A DNA stretch of 60,582 bases, filler included, from Stramenopiles sp. TOSAG23-2 (GCA_900128395.1; 8 parts of 8 records of this genome joined end to end with filler, not necessarily neighbours in it), one strand, 5' to 3'. Numbered from the whole stretch's first letter, positions 10,405 to 22,488 are shown. The notes: a model not told the origin generated them from the sequence alone. A program made the numbers and translations.

Positions 10405-12187
10405 ATGAATAGTAATAATCAAGGTGGCTCACGTGGCCGTTCAAAATCAAAAGACCAAGATAAATTCAAAACTTTAGAATTACGCCTTGTATGTACTATT
10501 GCATTGGCTTTGGCTGCGTTAGTCTTCGTCGGTGGTGGTAGCGCTGTTGGAAAGCATTTTTTAGAGTCTTCGACTCATGAGAAAGTATTATTGAGTGACA
10601 AGAGTCTAATAAATAATGATCACTATATTGAACGCATGCTTTATTCTCAGAATGAAACTGAAGAAGCTAAGAAGGTAGTAGTACCAGCCGCAAAAGTATG
10701 CCATTCAAACGTTGTTGCAGATCCAGGACAGTTCCACGAGCCGCTAACGGTTGTATTTTATTTATTCGGCGTGTTTTATCTATTGTTATTTATTAACGTT
10801 GTCTGTGAAGAATATTTCGTAGAGACAGTCAACAAAGCTGTGGAAGTGTTAGAAATCCCTGAAAGTGCTGCGGGAGCTACCATTATGGCAGCTGGTTCTT
10901 CTATGCCGGAACTAATGGCAGGCTTAGTTGGATACACGTTTAAAGAAGCAGAAGACGCAGGTGTCGGTACTGTTATAGGTTCGTTGATATTTAATTCTTT
11001 ATTTATTGTTGGTGCTAGCGTGTGGGTTTCACCCGGTCAGTGCATAGGTATTGATCCCTTCTCCTTGCTACGAGATTCGATCTTTTACATTATAAGCGTA
11101 GTAAGCGTTTTAATTGCATTTAGCACTGGTGAGGCCAGCTGGATAGCTGCATTGTGCTTTTTTCTCGTATACATTCTATATGTTATCGTTAACATGAAAT
11201 GGTCAACAATTGAATTTCAATTAAGAGTGAAGTTTCCTGCGCTAGGTGATGCCGCGCCAGAGTCTGTTAAAGCAAAATCTGCGCAAAATCAATTATCAGA
11301 TTTTCATAATAGCGATGCTATTATATTAGATGATGATGAAGACGATAAGATGGAAGGTGGAGAGTCGGCGGGGAATGTGAAAGGGAAAGTAGTTAATACA
11401 ACAGGCATACATGTAAATGTTGATAGAAAAGACAGCAAGGATAATTTAAAATCGATCGGGGCAGTTCCAAATACATGCATTTTATGCATGGGTGTTTTGC
11501 TAAGACCAATCAAAGGGTTATTGTATTATACAATTCCCCGTTTTTTAAAACCGGGTACATTACAAACGTCAAGGGGAAACTGGTGGATCTTGGCACAAAT
11601 GATTGTTTCACTGTTGTGGTTATCAATTGCTGTATTTTTCATGATTGAATGGGCTGAAAAGGCTGGTTGTTTAATAGGTATATCGTCAAGTTTGATGGGT
11701 TTAACTGTTCTAGCAATTGGAACGAGTACACCTGATGCGATGGTAAGTCTGATACATACATACGCATACAGAAAGTCACATTGCCACTTTTACTTTAATA
11801 AGATATCCTTTAAATGCCGAAGTTGCAGCTAACATTTCTTTCATATCTTTAAAAATATTTCAGGCCAGTATTGCCGTAGCAAGGCAAGGTTCTGGTGCTA
11901 TGTCCATAAGCAATGTCTTTGGAAGCAATATCTTCGACATTTTAATAGCGTTAGGCGTACCTTGGTTTTTTGCGTCTCTTGGTACCGGTACTGTAACATT
12001 GCAAAGTCCAATAGAAGAAATAGGATCAGTTGTTATATTGTTTTTAATTTTTATTGGATTTATGATAGATCTAATATACGTTAATAAAATGGAGCTAACA
12101 CTATCAAGCGCGAAAAGATATGTCGTTTGCTACGTTTTGTATCTAGTATATTGCATTGCAGTAGACGTCGCGTCTATGAATGAATAA
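10405..12187 (+). CDS. K+-dependent Na+/Ca2+ exchanger (NCKX/SLC24 family); exons 10405-11742 and 11864-12187
   Basis: Alpha-1 repeat AGATIMAAGSSMPEL...GVGTVIGSLIFN. Alpha-2 repeat GLTVLAIGTSTPDAM|ASIAVARQGSGAMSISNVFGSNIFDIL is restored by splicing out a 121-bp GTAAGT...GCTAAC...CAG intron (11743-11863). Confidence 0.93.
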
Positions 12188-13128
12188 AAAACATGCTGAT
12201 GTAGTAGATGTATATATATATATATATATATATATGTATCTGATATATTAATTAATATATATATATGTACCACACATTAAATGGATTAGACGATTTGATA
12301 CTAAAATTCTTTCATATCATACGAAACGTGTACTTCTAAATTTATTTATAGTATAATTATAATATAAAAATAACAATAAATATAATATGCACATATCTGC
12401 ATATTCCCTATCAAAAATATTAATATCCGTATTTTTTCAGTCGATACTCACTGCTCAGAGTAATACTATAAGTACCACGGTGGTAGCTAGAGCTAGCTCA
12501 GCCGAACACAATTACAATCGCTGACGGTTTCTTGGTAAAATAAATAAAATGTACTTGTTAGATTAGCAAAAAAAACGTGTATTTACGTAGTACGTGGTCG
12601 GAAAATTTAGCACTACACAGGACTAAAAACAAGATTTCAGGTGAAAATATTTTCCGACGAAACCGAAATGACAATTATTGTATATATTAATTTATAAAAT
12701 AAAAAATATCCGAATCATTTATGATATAATTATTGTAAAAGTATCAACGATACATTGGGAAAATATCATCAAAATTCGAATAAATACTGGTGATATCTGT
12801 AAAAATCTGAAAAAAAATGAAAATATTCCATCTCGATTTCATCATGATTTCATGCTTTAAATTACATTTTTATATCCATATAACATTATTATAATAAATA
12901 TCCGATATATTATTTATTATAAATAGATTATTATACGATTTACTATTAACATTATATTTTGACTAAATAATTCCTTAATTAAAAAACCAGGTATAGAAAT
13001 AATGCATTTTTCGCGGAAAATATATGCATGCCCAAGGCGCCAACAGTATTTTATATTATTTAGTACTGTATTACTATCTGCATGGTAGTATTAAACATTA
13101 TTATAATAAAACAATAATAAAACACAAC

Positions 13129-13329
13129 AAATAATAATAAAATAATAACGATAACGATAATAAAGCTGGCCAGCTGGAAAGCACTACTACATTATTATTA
13201 GCAGAATAATAATCATACACACATATATAAATAATAATAAAATAATAACGATAACGATAATAAAGCTGGCCAGCTGGAAAGCACTACTACATTATTATTA
13301 GCAGAATAATAATCATACACACATATATA
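13129..13329. repeat. Exact 100-bp tandem duplication upstream of CCDC151
   Basis: ataataataaaataataacgataacgataataaagctggccagctggaaagcactactac...catacacacatatata occurs twice with period 100. Confidence 0.9.
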
Positions 13330-13456
13330 CATTAACGGCAAGAAAACTCAAAACCATATAGACCCGAGTTATTTCAGATAAACACATCAAATCTTCATAA
13401 GTGGTTACATGAGAACTTAAGATAGAGGCAAATATTTATAAATCCCTTTAGAAAAT

Positions 13457-15118
13457 ATGCCAAGGCAACAGGAAAGACAGGTCTCTGAGGCCGAGTTAGA
13501 AGATTTACGAAATAAATTTCATTTACTTGAAGGGGATAGAAAAGCATACTATGAAATGTCAATGCATACAATGAAGTCCAATAAAGCACTTGTAGGGCAG
13601 TTGAGAGAAGAAAATAAAGAAGTAAGGCGTGCATTGGCAGCAATACAACGAGAACATGCGGCGGCCAATAAAGCAGGTATGTCTACGGATCAAGAGGAGA
13701 TGGAGGATATGGCACGAGAGGTGCATCACTTACGTAAAAAACACGACACGTTAGTTTCGGGCACCTCGAAGCATGCCGATAGGTTAACAAAGCTTCAAGG
13801 AATTGCACATACTCTTGAGTTAGAATCGCAAAAACCAAGTGAGGAAGACACGCCATTGACACGTAAAATCAGAATGTTAGAAAATCGATTGGATAAAGCC
13901 ATGATTAAGTACAATGAAGCACAAAGTATACGTAAAACATATGAACAAATTGTGAAACGTTTAAAAGAAGAACGGGTTGGTTTTGATAATCAACTAGCAG
14001 CAATTGAACGTACCTTAGCCGCAAAACAACATGACTATGAAGAATTGCTATTGTTATCTGGAGACGCGAATCATGCAAAAGAAATCGCTGTTCAAGAATT
14101 GGAACGCGTCAGAAATACATACCACGATGCTAAGCGTCTTCGTGATAGAGAATTAAAAGAACGTTCAGATTTTGTACATGTTAAACAGGAAATGGCGAAT
14201 CGTATGGCGGAACGGGACAAAGTAAGGGCGGAAATTATAGCAAAAGCTGCTGGTGGAATTGCATCAGAGGATGAGGAAGCACGATTGCAAAAGGCAGCAA
14301 AAATGGCGGATAGTAAAACCAGCGAAACGACCGATGAGCAAAATGAAAAAATGAGCGTCTATGAAAACGCTTTTAATAAAATAAAAGAAGCAACCGGGGT
14401 TACAGATGTTAATGAAGTTATACAAAAAATTGTTAATCAAGAAGACACACAAAATAATTTAATGGAATTAACGAAAGAAAATCAATCGAGGATCGAGCAA
14501 ATGACACGTGATTATGAAGCATTTAAAAGTAGAGTCGAAGAGTTGAAATATAGTGGCCCAGGCGGTGGCCAACGCAGAAAAATGGTTGATGATCATGAAG
14601 AAAATCTAGGTGCAAGTACTACAAAATTAGAGCGGACGAAAATTAAATACGAGCGTTTAGCTAAAATTCTAATTAATGCAAAAGCAGGTGTCGATCATTT
14701 AAGCGAGAAGTTGGAAACGGTCCGTGGAGATAGACGACCAATACAAATTAATGACGAAACACTGGTTGAAGTTATGTATCAATGCGAAACCATATTGCAA
14801 GATGTTCAGTCGAAAGTCCGCCGAATTCAAGAGGAACGTGGTATATATGTTACTAAGAAAATCGAGGATAAACCTGATGATGGTACGGATGCAGCTGTGA
14901 TGCGTGCACGTCCATTCAATCAACGCATTTCATTACCTGATAGTGACGGTTTAACAATGATGGATGAAGATGGTGATGAAGAAGTTGGTGAGGATATAGA
15001 AGAAGAAGAGCTAACGAGGGATAAAATTAAAAAAGCAAGTAGCCAATTAACCACCGCGCATGATAGGCGTTTGAAAAAACAACGAAGAGGGGGTGGCAAA
15101 GGTAGTAAGAGGAAATGA
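13457..15118 (+). CDS. CCDC151: Outer dynein arm docking complex subunit (CCDC151/ODAD3-like)
   Basis: LLEGDRKAYYE and IRMLENRLDKAMIKYNEAQSIRKTYEQI resemble CCDC151 motifs; long coiled coil. Confidence 0.8.
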   Translation: MPRQQERQVSEAELEDLRNKFHLLEGDRKAYYEMSMHTMKSNKALVGQLREENKEVRRALAAIQREHAAANKAGMSTDQEEMEDMAREVHHLRKKHDTLVSGTSKHADRLTKLQGIAHTLELESQKPSEEDTPLTRKIRMLENRLDKAMIKYNEAQSIRKTYEQIVKRLKEERVGFDNQLAAIERTLAAKQHDYEELLLLSGDANHAKEIAVQELERVRNTYHDAKRLRDRELKERSDFVHVKQEMANRMAERDKVRAEIIAKAAGGIASEDEEARLQKAAKMADSKTSETTDEQNEKMSVYENAFNKIKEATGVTDVNEVIQKIVNQEDTQNNLMELTKENQSRIEQMTRDYEAFKSRVEELKYSGPGGGQRRKMVDDHEENLGASTTKLERTKIKYERLAKILINAKAGVDHLSEKLETVRGDRRPIQINDETLVEVMYQCETILQDVQSKVRRIQEERGIYVTKKIEDKPDDGTDAAVMRARPFNQRISLPDSDGLTMMDEDGDEEVGEDIEEEELTRDKIKKASSQLTTAHDRRLKKQRRGGGKGSKRK

Positions 15119-16025
15119 GTTGTATGTATATAACGTATTTAGTACCGAAAAAATAACAATAAAAACACCAACGGTCCTTTTAATACTCGCATTCTATGAT
15201 ATCCAGCTATCTCTATTGCTATTTTAATTTATTATTACTCAATTTTTTTTTACTTGATACAGCCTATAGCTCTAGCCCTAGCTCGAGCTAGCTGGCTATA
15301 CTAATACCCTGCTGGCCTGGCCAGCTGGCCAGGCTGGCTGGGTACTACAGTAGTGTAGTACTATTGTAACGAAGGAAAATTTGAAAAATAAGCAATAAAA
15401 AACTGCCATGATGTGCTATCATGACGCCATGACTGGAATAAACTGAACTGAGACGATCCTCATATCAGCATATACCTTTTACAGTAAGTATACCAGGTCT
15501 AAGAATAACGTTGTTATATATGGTTTTATAACTGCTCGTATTGCACAAATCTAAATCAGTATTAGTATATTACAGTATAATATTATATAACCAAATACCA
15601 CCACTGGTGGTACCTGATAATAGACTACCATGTATTACAGTACCTAGGTATAATGTAAAATACATGTACCACCACAGGTGCACACGGCACACCGATATAT
15701 TAATAGTACCAGTATTATTATGTCCCTGATTATATACATTTAGTATTATTATTAGTTAACTTCCTCGTATTACTGTATTATTACTTATATATCGTAAGTC
15801 TGCATGTAATTAATACAAATAAGAAGTTGCACATGCGACATACCGGTGGTACATGCGACAAATTATAGATTACAAATTTTGTATATTTTAATACTAAAGT
15901 GTATCATAGTTTTTGTTGTATAAAAATTTAAATACATACGTACACATTATCAACGATTCCAAACTACTATAAAACAATATGTTGTAATTGTAAATAAGAG
16001 CAAAATATACCATTTATTATATAAT

Positions 16026-17179
16026 ATGTCAGAAACACTAGTTGATAGATTAAAGCGTGAAGCGGAAGAGCGGGCTACAGCGGTTGCAAAAGCTAAAGAA
16101 TTGGCTGAACGTCAAGCTGAATTAGATAAGCAAAATGAAGCAGAAGCCAAAGCAAAAGGCCCTTTATTTTATAAAAAGTGGAAAGAGGCTAGAGATAGTG
16201 ATAAAGCTGATATAGAAGAAGAAAAAAGACAAGCGAGGAAAAAAGAAATGCAAGCAAGAAAGGAAAAGGCGCGTTTAATTCGCGAGGAGGCATATAGGAA
16301 GAAACAAGAGGAGGATGCAAGGAAGGCGAAGTGGATAGAAGATCATACAAAACGGTATCCACTCGGTGGCGTTTATTTTGGTGATTTGGATAAAAGTGGC
16401 CACCCCCATGGCGACGTTGGTGATTGGCAGCGCCCGAGTGGAGATGCTATGTATGAAGGATCCTGGCATAATGGCCAAATGTAGGTGTATAACAAATTAT
16501 AACTTGAGTTAAAGTAATATTTCGACTAACAAACTTTTTTATTTATTTGTATTGTAAAAGGCACGGCCGAGGGGTATACCATTTTAGCAATGGAGATACT
16601 TTTGAAGGTGCCTTCATTGGTAACGAAATGCATGGTCGTGGTGTCTATCGATACAAGCCAAAAACACAAAAAGAATACGATAACCCGCGGGTGAGGGATG
16701 TGTTATATTTCAAAAGCCACAGATGTGGTTTTGTAGATGAATTAACCCCAGGTACACATATTAGATTAGAATATGACCATGTAACGTAAGTATTCCGTAT
16801 ATATATTACGTTTATTAGCCCGGCAGTATATGTTTTTGTTCCCTATATGTAATTGTTTTAGTTATTATCAACCTTCTAACAAGTATGTATATATATATAT
16901 ATACATATATATATACTACCACATCTTCCTTGAGACAGAGGAATTAAAAAAGACGTAACTGTTATGGATTATAGTGAAAAAAAAGGAAAGTGGTATTGTA
17001 AATTTGAGCGAGGAAATAGTCAATGGGTTGATTTATCACATTATAAATTTAAAATTTTGCATAATAAAGCAAAATGGTTTCATATAGTCGATGTAGACGA
17101 TGATAAACCTGGTAGGAATAATGTTTATGGAGATAATGATGGAAACTATAAAGCATTACGAACATGTAGAAATTATTGA
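16026..17179 (+). CDS. Coiled-coil + MORN-repeat protein with C-terminal Tudor/SH3-like segment; exons 16026-16480, 16561-16785, 16939-17179
   Basis: MORN repeats YEGSWHNGQM|HGRGVYHFSNGDTFEGAFIGNEMHGRGVY. Two GT-AG introns (16481-16560, 16786-16938) have CTAAC branch points and join the three ORFs in frame. Confidence 0.85.
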
Positions 17180-17966
17180 TGAAAACAACATCGAGATGAC
17201 AGATGTCACTATCATATTATAGCGCAGAGCACAGAGAACGAAAAACATGTAAAAAATATTTTGTGGATATTACAAATCGTATATATAGTATATAAAACGA
17301 TGGTACATATATATGATATATATATATATACGAACCGTATATTATAGTGATGGTTAAAATCTAAGTTATCTTCTCGTAAAATATCGAACCGTATATATAT
17401 GATATATTAATTTAAATTTAGAATACAATAACTGAAATAATCTATCTCACACGAGTGTGTTGATATTCCCATAATAGAGAAAACCCAATGAAGGTAAAAT
17501 ATATAAAAAAATTCTCTTATATTTTTATAATTTAAAGATTTTATTTACTCATAAATATATATATATATATAAAAATATATAATGTAAACACTAAAAATTA
17601 TGAATACTCTAATAATATAAAAAGTAATTTCATTAAAAATGAAAAAGATATAACTAAACCGGAAAGACCTGTGGGTGAATTATTATTCATGTTGTTTTAA
17701 ATGAAGAAGAAGCAGAAAGTGTAATTTCTTGGCGTACTTCTGTTTGTGTTACTGGTCGTCGTCTCTGTTTAACTCGCTCTGCTATTTTCATATTTATTAC
17801 TCCAGTTTGTGAACCGGAAGTAGCATTGATAGGTAACTTTCGCTTCTTCAGAGTCGAGCCATCAGTGGTCGAATCAAATAGTACTGGAAACTGGAAACGT
17901 CATCGACAATCAACTTGAAGGTATAATTATATAATATATACCGAGTATATTTAATATTTTAAAATT

Positions 17967-18990
17967 TTATCTGGTACTTCAAAATTAAAAAATTTAGCTG
18001 GTGTTCTCGGTGTACAGATATTGTACACCGTTTTTATGTACTTAAAAGTAGTCTGATATATAGGCCAAGTAAAATAATATTATCTGGTACTTCAAAATTA
18101 AAAAATTTAGCTGGTGTTCTCGGTGTACAGATATTGTACACCGTTTTTATGTACTTAAAAGTAGTCTGATATATAGGCCAAGTAAAATAATATAAAATTT
18201 TATTTATAGTGTTGCTGTGTTCATACGAATATTTATACATAGCAACTTTCATAGTCTAAGGCCAATGATGAGCAATCATATACTACTAAATATAACCAAT
18301 AGTCCTTAGTTTTATTAATAAAATAAAAATATTCTGGAATTACATGTTTTTATTTTAGTACACGCACCGTTTTTCACCAATTTTAGCATAAGTATACCAT
18401 AGAGCAAACAGGGGGCGTGCATATGTGTTTATATATATAACTATATAATAAAATATTATCATTGTTAATAATGCATTTTTTGTTTTAACATGAGATTTAA
18501 TTTATATACTCTGCCTTGAATGTGGTGCACCCTATAATGACATAGCATTTGTACAAAGTATACGGCATATTTATACCGGATAAATTTAATAGTGATTAAT
18601 GTAAATGACCTAATTGACAAAATATTGATATATTTTGATTATATAGGATTTTACCTGCTGTGTGCGGTGTAAATGCCGTGTACAATATCTGTACACGTTC
18701 TCAAAATACATGTAATATTATTATCCTTAAATATATACTATATTATAACTTATTATATAATAATATTTAAGGTAATGTTATCGGTGTACAGATATTGTAC
18801 ACCGTTTCTACATTTTGCAAAATTTTAAACTACCAGATATATAAAAATATTAAAATATATATAATATCAACATAAATTGGATAACGACAATGAGAAAACA
18901 TTTAGATTGATTAAAGAATGTGAGTAATGTTATCGGTGTACAGATATTGTACACCGTTTCTACATTTTGCAAAATTTTGAAGTACCAGTT
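17967..18990. repeat. Region with five copies of the palindrome CGGTGTACA-GATAT-TGTACACCG and inverted outer ends (non-autonomous element-like)
   Basis: Copies at 18008, 18121, ~18678 (reverse, partial), 18782 and 18934; 113-bp tandem duplication 17967-18193; ctggtacttcaaaatt (~17971) is inverted at ~18973-18988. Confidence 0.75.
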
Positions 18991-19215
18991 ATATTTTAAA
19001 TAATTCTCTTGACGATACTTCGTATCATAGCTTTTTTTTTTTCGTAGTGTTGATAGAATTTCATATATATATTATATATATATATAATATATATATGAAT
19101 AGATCTTTTAATTTGAATCTCTCGCGCACAATTAATATCCTTGTAATCAACCAGTCTATAATCTCCTATTAATTCACATCTCCTCCGTGTAATCAGCTTC
19201 TGGTGTAATATGCTA

Positions 19216-19315
19216 NNNNNNNNNNNNNNNNNNNNNNNNNNNNNNNNNNNNNNNNNNNNTTAATTAATTAANNNNNNNNNNNNNNNNNNNNNNNNNNNNN
19301 NNNNNNNNNNNNNNN
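19216..19315. other. Artificial contig linker
   Basis: N-TTAATTAATTAA-N, 100 bp. Confidence 0.97.
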
Positions 19316-19391
19316 AGAGCTTTTCTATACTCGAACCTCAGGTTCAGACGACATCAGGAAGTGCCTTTAAATAACAAAAGAAATTTTTAAA

Positions 19392-20291
19392 TTCCATTTT
19401 ACAGTGTCTACTAAATTTCCGTAGCCTTCGAGTACAGGAAAAGGGGAGTAAAACACATGTTATACTAAATAATAGGTAATTAGTATACGAAAATATCGGG
19501 AATATCAAGGGATACCCCCTATTGATGTTAAGGTATTTTCCCAAATCATACGGATCTTATCAACAGTGGGTCATATGTATATATGTATATGATATTACAC
19601 TGTGTAATATGTAATACGCGTAAGTATTAATATTTAACACACTCCCGTATATCCACCCACATATATTTTTTTATATTTACTCTCTTGCAATCATATTAAA
19701 CAAAACATATATATTTGCGCCTTCCATTTTACAGTGTCTACTAAATTTCCGTAGCCTTCGAGTACAGGAAAAGGGGAGTAAAACACATGTTATACTAAAT
19801 AATAGGTAATTAGTATACGAAAATATCGGGAATATCAAGGGATACCCCCTATTGATGTTAAGGTATTTTCCCAAATCATACGGATCTTATCGAACGTGGG
19901 TCATATATTTTATCCCACTGGCCCACACAATACATATCATAATTTATAATATATTTGTACGAATATTATACCACACCCCCACCCCCATTCTTTTTTTATT
20001 TTAAACCTTAATATTAATAGGGGGTATCCCTAGATATTCCCGATATGTTCGTATACTAAGTACCTATGATTTAGTATAACATGTGTTTTACTCCCCTTTT
20101 CCTGTACTCCATACATGTACAAAAATACGCGTATGATACATTAATATGTATATGTATATGATATTACACTGTGTAATATGTAATACGCGTAAGTATTAAT
20201 ATTTAACACACTCCCGTATATCCACCCACATATATTTTTTTATATTTACTCTCTTGCAATCATATTAAACAAAACATATATATTTGCGCCC
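19392..20291. repeat. Direct duplications (19392-19576 ~ 19722-19906; 19574-19721 ~ 20145-20291) around an inverted-repeat element
   Basis: Near-identical blocks read directly from the sequence. Confidence 0.85.
19760..20109. mobile_element. MITE/foldback-like element with 105-bp imperfect inverted repeats
   Basis: Arms 19760-19864 and 20005-20109 are reverse complements with about 6 mismatches and a 140-bp spacer; no target-site duplication recognised. Confidence 0.55.
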
Positions 20292-20327
20292 CCTTTTTTC
20301 GCGCACACACGCACACTCCTCTCTCTC

Positions 20328-21611
20328 TCACTTATTTGGCCTTCTTGGGGTGTATAAAGCTGGACTTCCATTTGTTAAATTATTTTTCTTTGGTGTTGAC
20401 TTAATATGCATATTTAAATTACGACGTGCTACGACTTTTTTTCTATCATTTTGCTTATCATTATTTTTAGCCTTGAAAGTTGTAACAGTTTCTGTATGAT
20501 GATCTCCATCCTCTGGAGTTTCTTCTTCTGGTTGTTGATTTAACATTTTTCGTTCATGCTGGACTAATTTACCTAATCGTGTCTTTAATTCTTCTGTTTG
20601 ATCCTGGCTATGTTGCCCTTGAACAGTATGCTGAAGCTTTTCATTACTGGATTTTAAATATGACGGCATCATTGCAGGTGGAGTAGACATTCTTTGTGAC
20701 TGCTGTAGATTCGTTTGGTTACCCATCGATGCGCTTGGCACGCTCAGCATAACTCTTAATATGTGCCTATTACTACCGTCCAAAGCTTGTCTTAATAACA
20801 TTTCCCCCATTCTATGTAACATTTTCCAACGATGATCATGCCTGCCACTAACGCCATGAAATTCAACATATAACGCATGATTGTCGGAAATGCTTTGTAA
20901 TATACTCTCCTTCACTAATATAATGCGTAATTTTTTTGTCCTGGTATCTTCTATAGTTTTTTTCGCATTTTTTACATTTTTCCGTCTTAATAATGATGGG
21001 ACAAAATCCGGCAACGATGAATCAGTAGTCGTGCCGACTGTTTCTGCTGTGATAGCAAAAGCATACCAATCACTAACGTAACTGCCACCTAAGTCAGCTA
21101 TTAAATGTCCAGAGCTATATTGGCATGAGACGCAATTCAATACTGCGTTTAAGACATGGTAGCGTTCGGAAGCAGCCAAATGTTGCGTGATGAATGGTTT
21201 ATCTTTGGTGCATTTGCTCGCTGCTATGCGTACTTCCTCTGCTGCGGCTTCATTGCCGTTTAAAACGTTGGTTAAATCAACTTCAAACATTGTTCGTTTT
21301 TCAACCCTGCCTGACTCTACCTGTCGTGGACTGGCACTAAATAACACCGCTTGTACACGATCAAGAAAAACTTGCTGTCTCCATTTACGCAAGCTTGACC
21401 AATGATAATATCTATCTAATAACCACTGGCCAAATATTCCTAGTAAAAAGATTGTCACTTTATTATTTAACAAGTTGGTGAGTATTTGTACCCAGTCGTT
21501 TACGCGTGGAGTCACTAACCAAAAAAACGGATTGAAGAAATCAATACGTAAGAATCCAGGTGTTGAACGCCGTGCTGGAAGAAAATTTCGAAAAGCTTGG
21601 AATCCAGACAT
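20328..21611 (-). CDS. Uncharacterised protein with N-terminal TM segment, globular core and disordered tail
   Basis: 427-aa ORF from ATG 21611; TM VTIFLLGIFGQWLL; core KWRQQVFLDRV...YHVLNAVLN...YAFAITAE...KLRIILV...RWKML. Confidence 0.8.
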   Translation of the reverse strand: MSGFQAFRNFLPARRSTPGFLRIDFFNPFFWLVTPRVNDWVQILTNLLNNKVTIFLLGIFGQWLLDRYYHWSSLRKWRQQVFLDRVQAVLFSASPRQVESGRVEKRTMFEVDLTNVLNGNEAAAEEVRIAASKCTKDKPFITQHLAASERYHVLNAVLNCVSCQYSSGHLIADLGGSYVSDWYAFAITAETVGTTTDSSLPDFVPSLLRRKNVKNAKKTIEDTRTKKLRIILVKESILQSISDNHALYVEFHGVSGRHDHRWKMLHRMGEMLLRQALDGSNRHILRVMLSVPSASMGNQTNLQQSQRMSTPPAMMPSYLKSSNEKLQHTVQGQHSQDQTEELKTRLGKLVQHERKMLNQQPEEETPEDGDHHTETVTTFKAKNNDKQNDRKKVVARRNLNMHIKSTPKKNNLTNGSPALYTPRRPNK

Positions 21612-22235
21612 GTTTATCTCAATATAAATATACGTATAAATATATATGTATATATATACGCCTTCTTTTACGCAAGATAAAATGTCTCTAAATATATAGT
21701 TTACAATTTGTATATCCAATGTCTACATTGTATCGTGTATGCAGTATCGCAATATTATTATAATAAATTATTATATTTTTTTTTTTTTAGTCTTCTTTAC
21801 TACCACAGCACTGCTTTACTCTTCTCTGCACCTCTGGCAACTGCTGCTCTGCTGCTCTGTGCTGGACTCCACAGCCGGCACTTCTTTTTTTTTATCGCGA
21901 TCTGGCTGGTTTTTTTAACATCATATAGCAGCTATATATAGCTGGACAGCACTAACGTCAATCTTCTTATGTGTAGTGTTATTTTGGGAAATACTTTAAG
22001 GTAAAACGTCTTTTTCAAGGCCTGTGTACCTGGTAACTGCTAACTCGATGAAAAATTAATAACTTAAGCTTACATCAAATTGGTCCATATATTTTATCAA
22101 TAATTCTTTCTGGAGAGTAGGAATTATTTATCATGCGAGAGTAAATTTAAAAAATAAGCATTAATTAATAAACTACGAAGTAATACACTCTTATATAATG
22201 AGATTTAGTATATTTTGGCATTTATACGTATTATA

Positions 22236-22445
22236 TATATAAAATGTTCTCTTACTCATATATATATATTACTTCTTTTGAATACTAAATAATTTTTACT
22301 AAAATTTATAAATCATTTTTGATTTGAGATGTTAATAAACGGGAGTAAAAGAATTTTATATAACATATGAGTAAGAGAAAAACACATATATTACTTCGTA
22401 CGAGTGTAGTATATATAATATATGAGTAAGAGAACATTTTATATA
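22236..22445. mobile_element. MITE-like element with 27-bp terminal inverted repeats; dispersed family
   Basis: tatataaaatgttctcttactcatata (22236-22262) is the reverse complement of 22419-22445; the interior is homologous to 34677-34805 on another contig. Confidence 0.6.
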
Positions 22446-22488
22446 ATATATACGTTCGTAGTTCGTATTAACACTCTATATATAACAC

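Noticed and set aside
17686-17900. Minus-strand reading frame (…STLKKRKLPINATSGSQTG…)
   Set aside because: Short, no supported start or splice structure and no recognisable motif
18008-18956. CRISPR array built from the 23-bp palindromic repeat
   Set aside because: Spacing is irregular (about 105-555 bp), intervening DNA is partly duplicated, one copy is inverted, no cas genes are present and the context is eukaryotic
19344-19874. Two ~65-aa ORFs with identical N-termini (MGKYLNINRG...)
   Set aside because: By-products of the duplicated non-coding repeat; non-ATG starts and no protein motif
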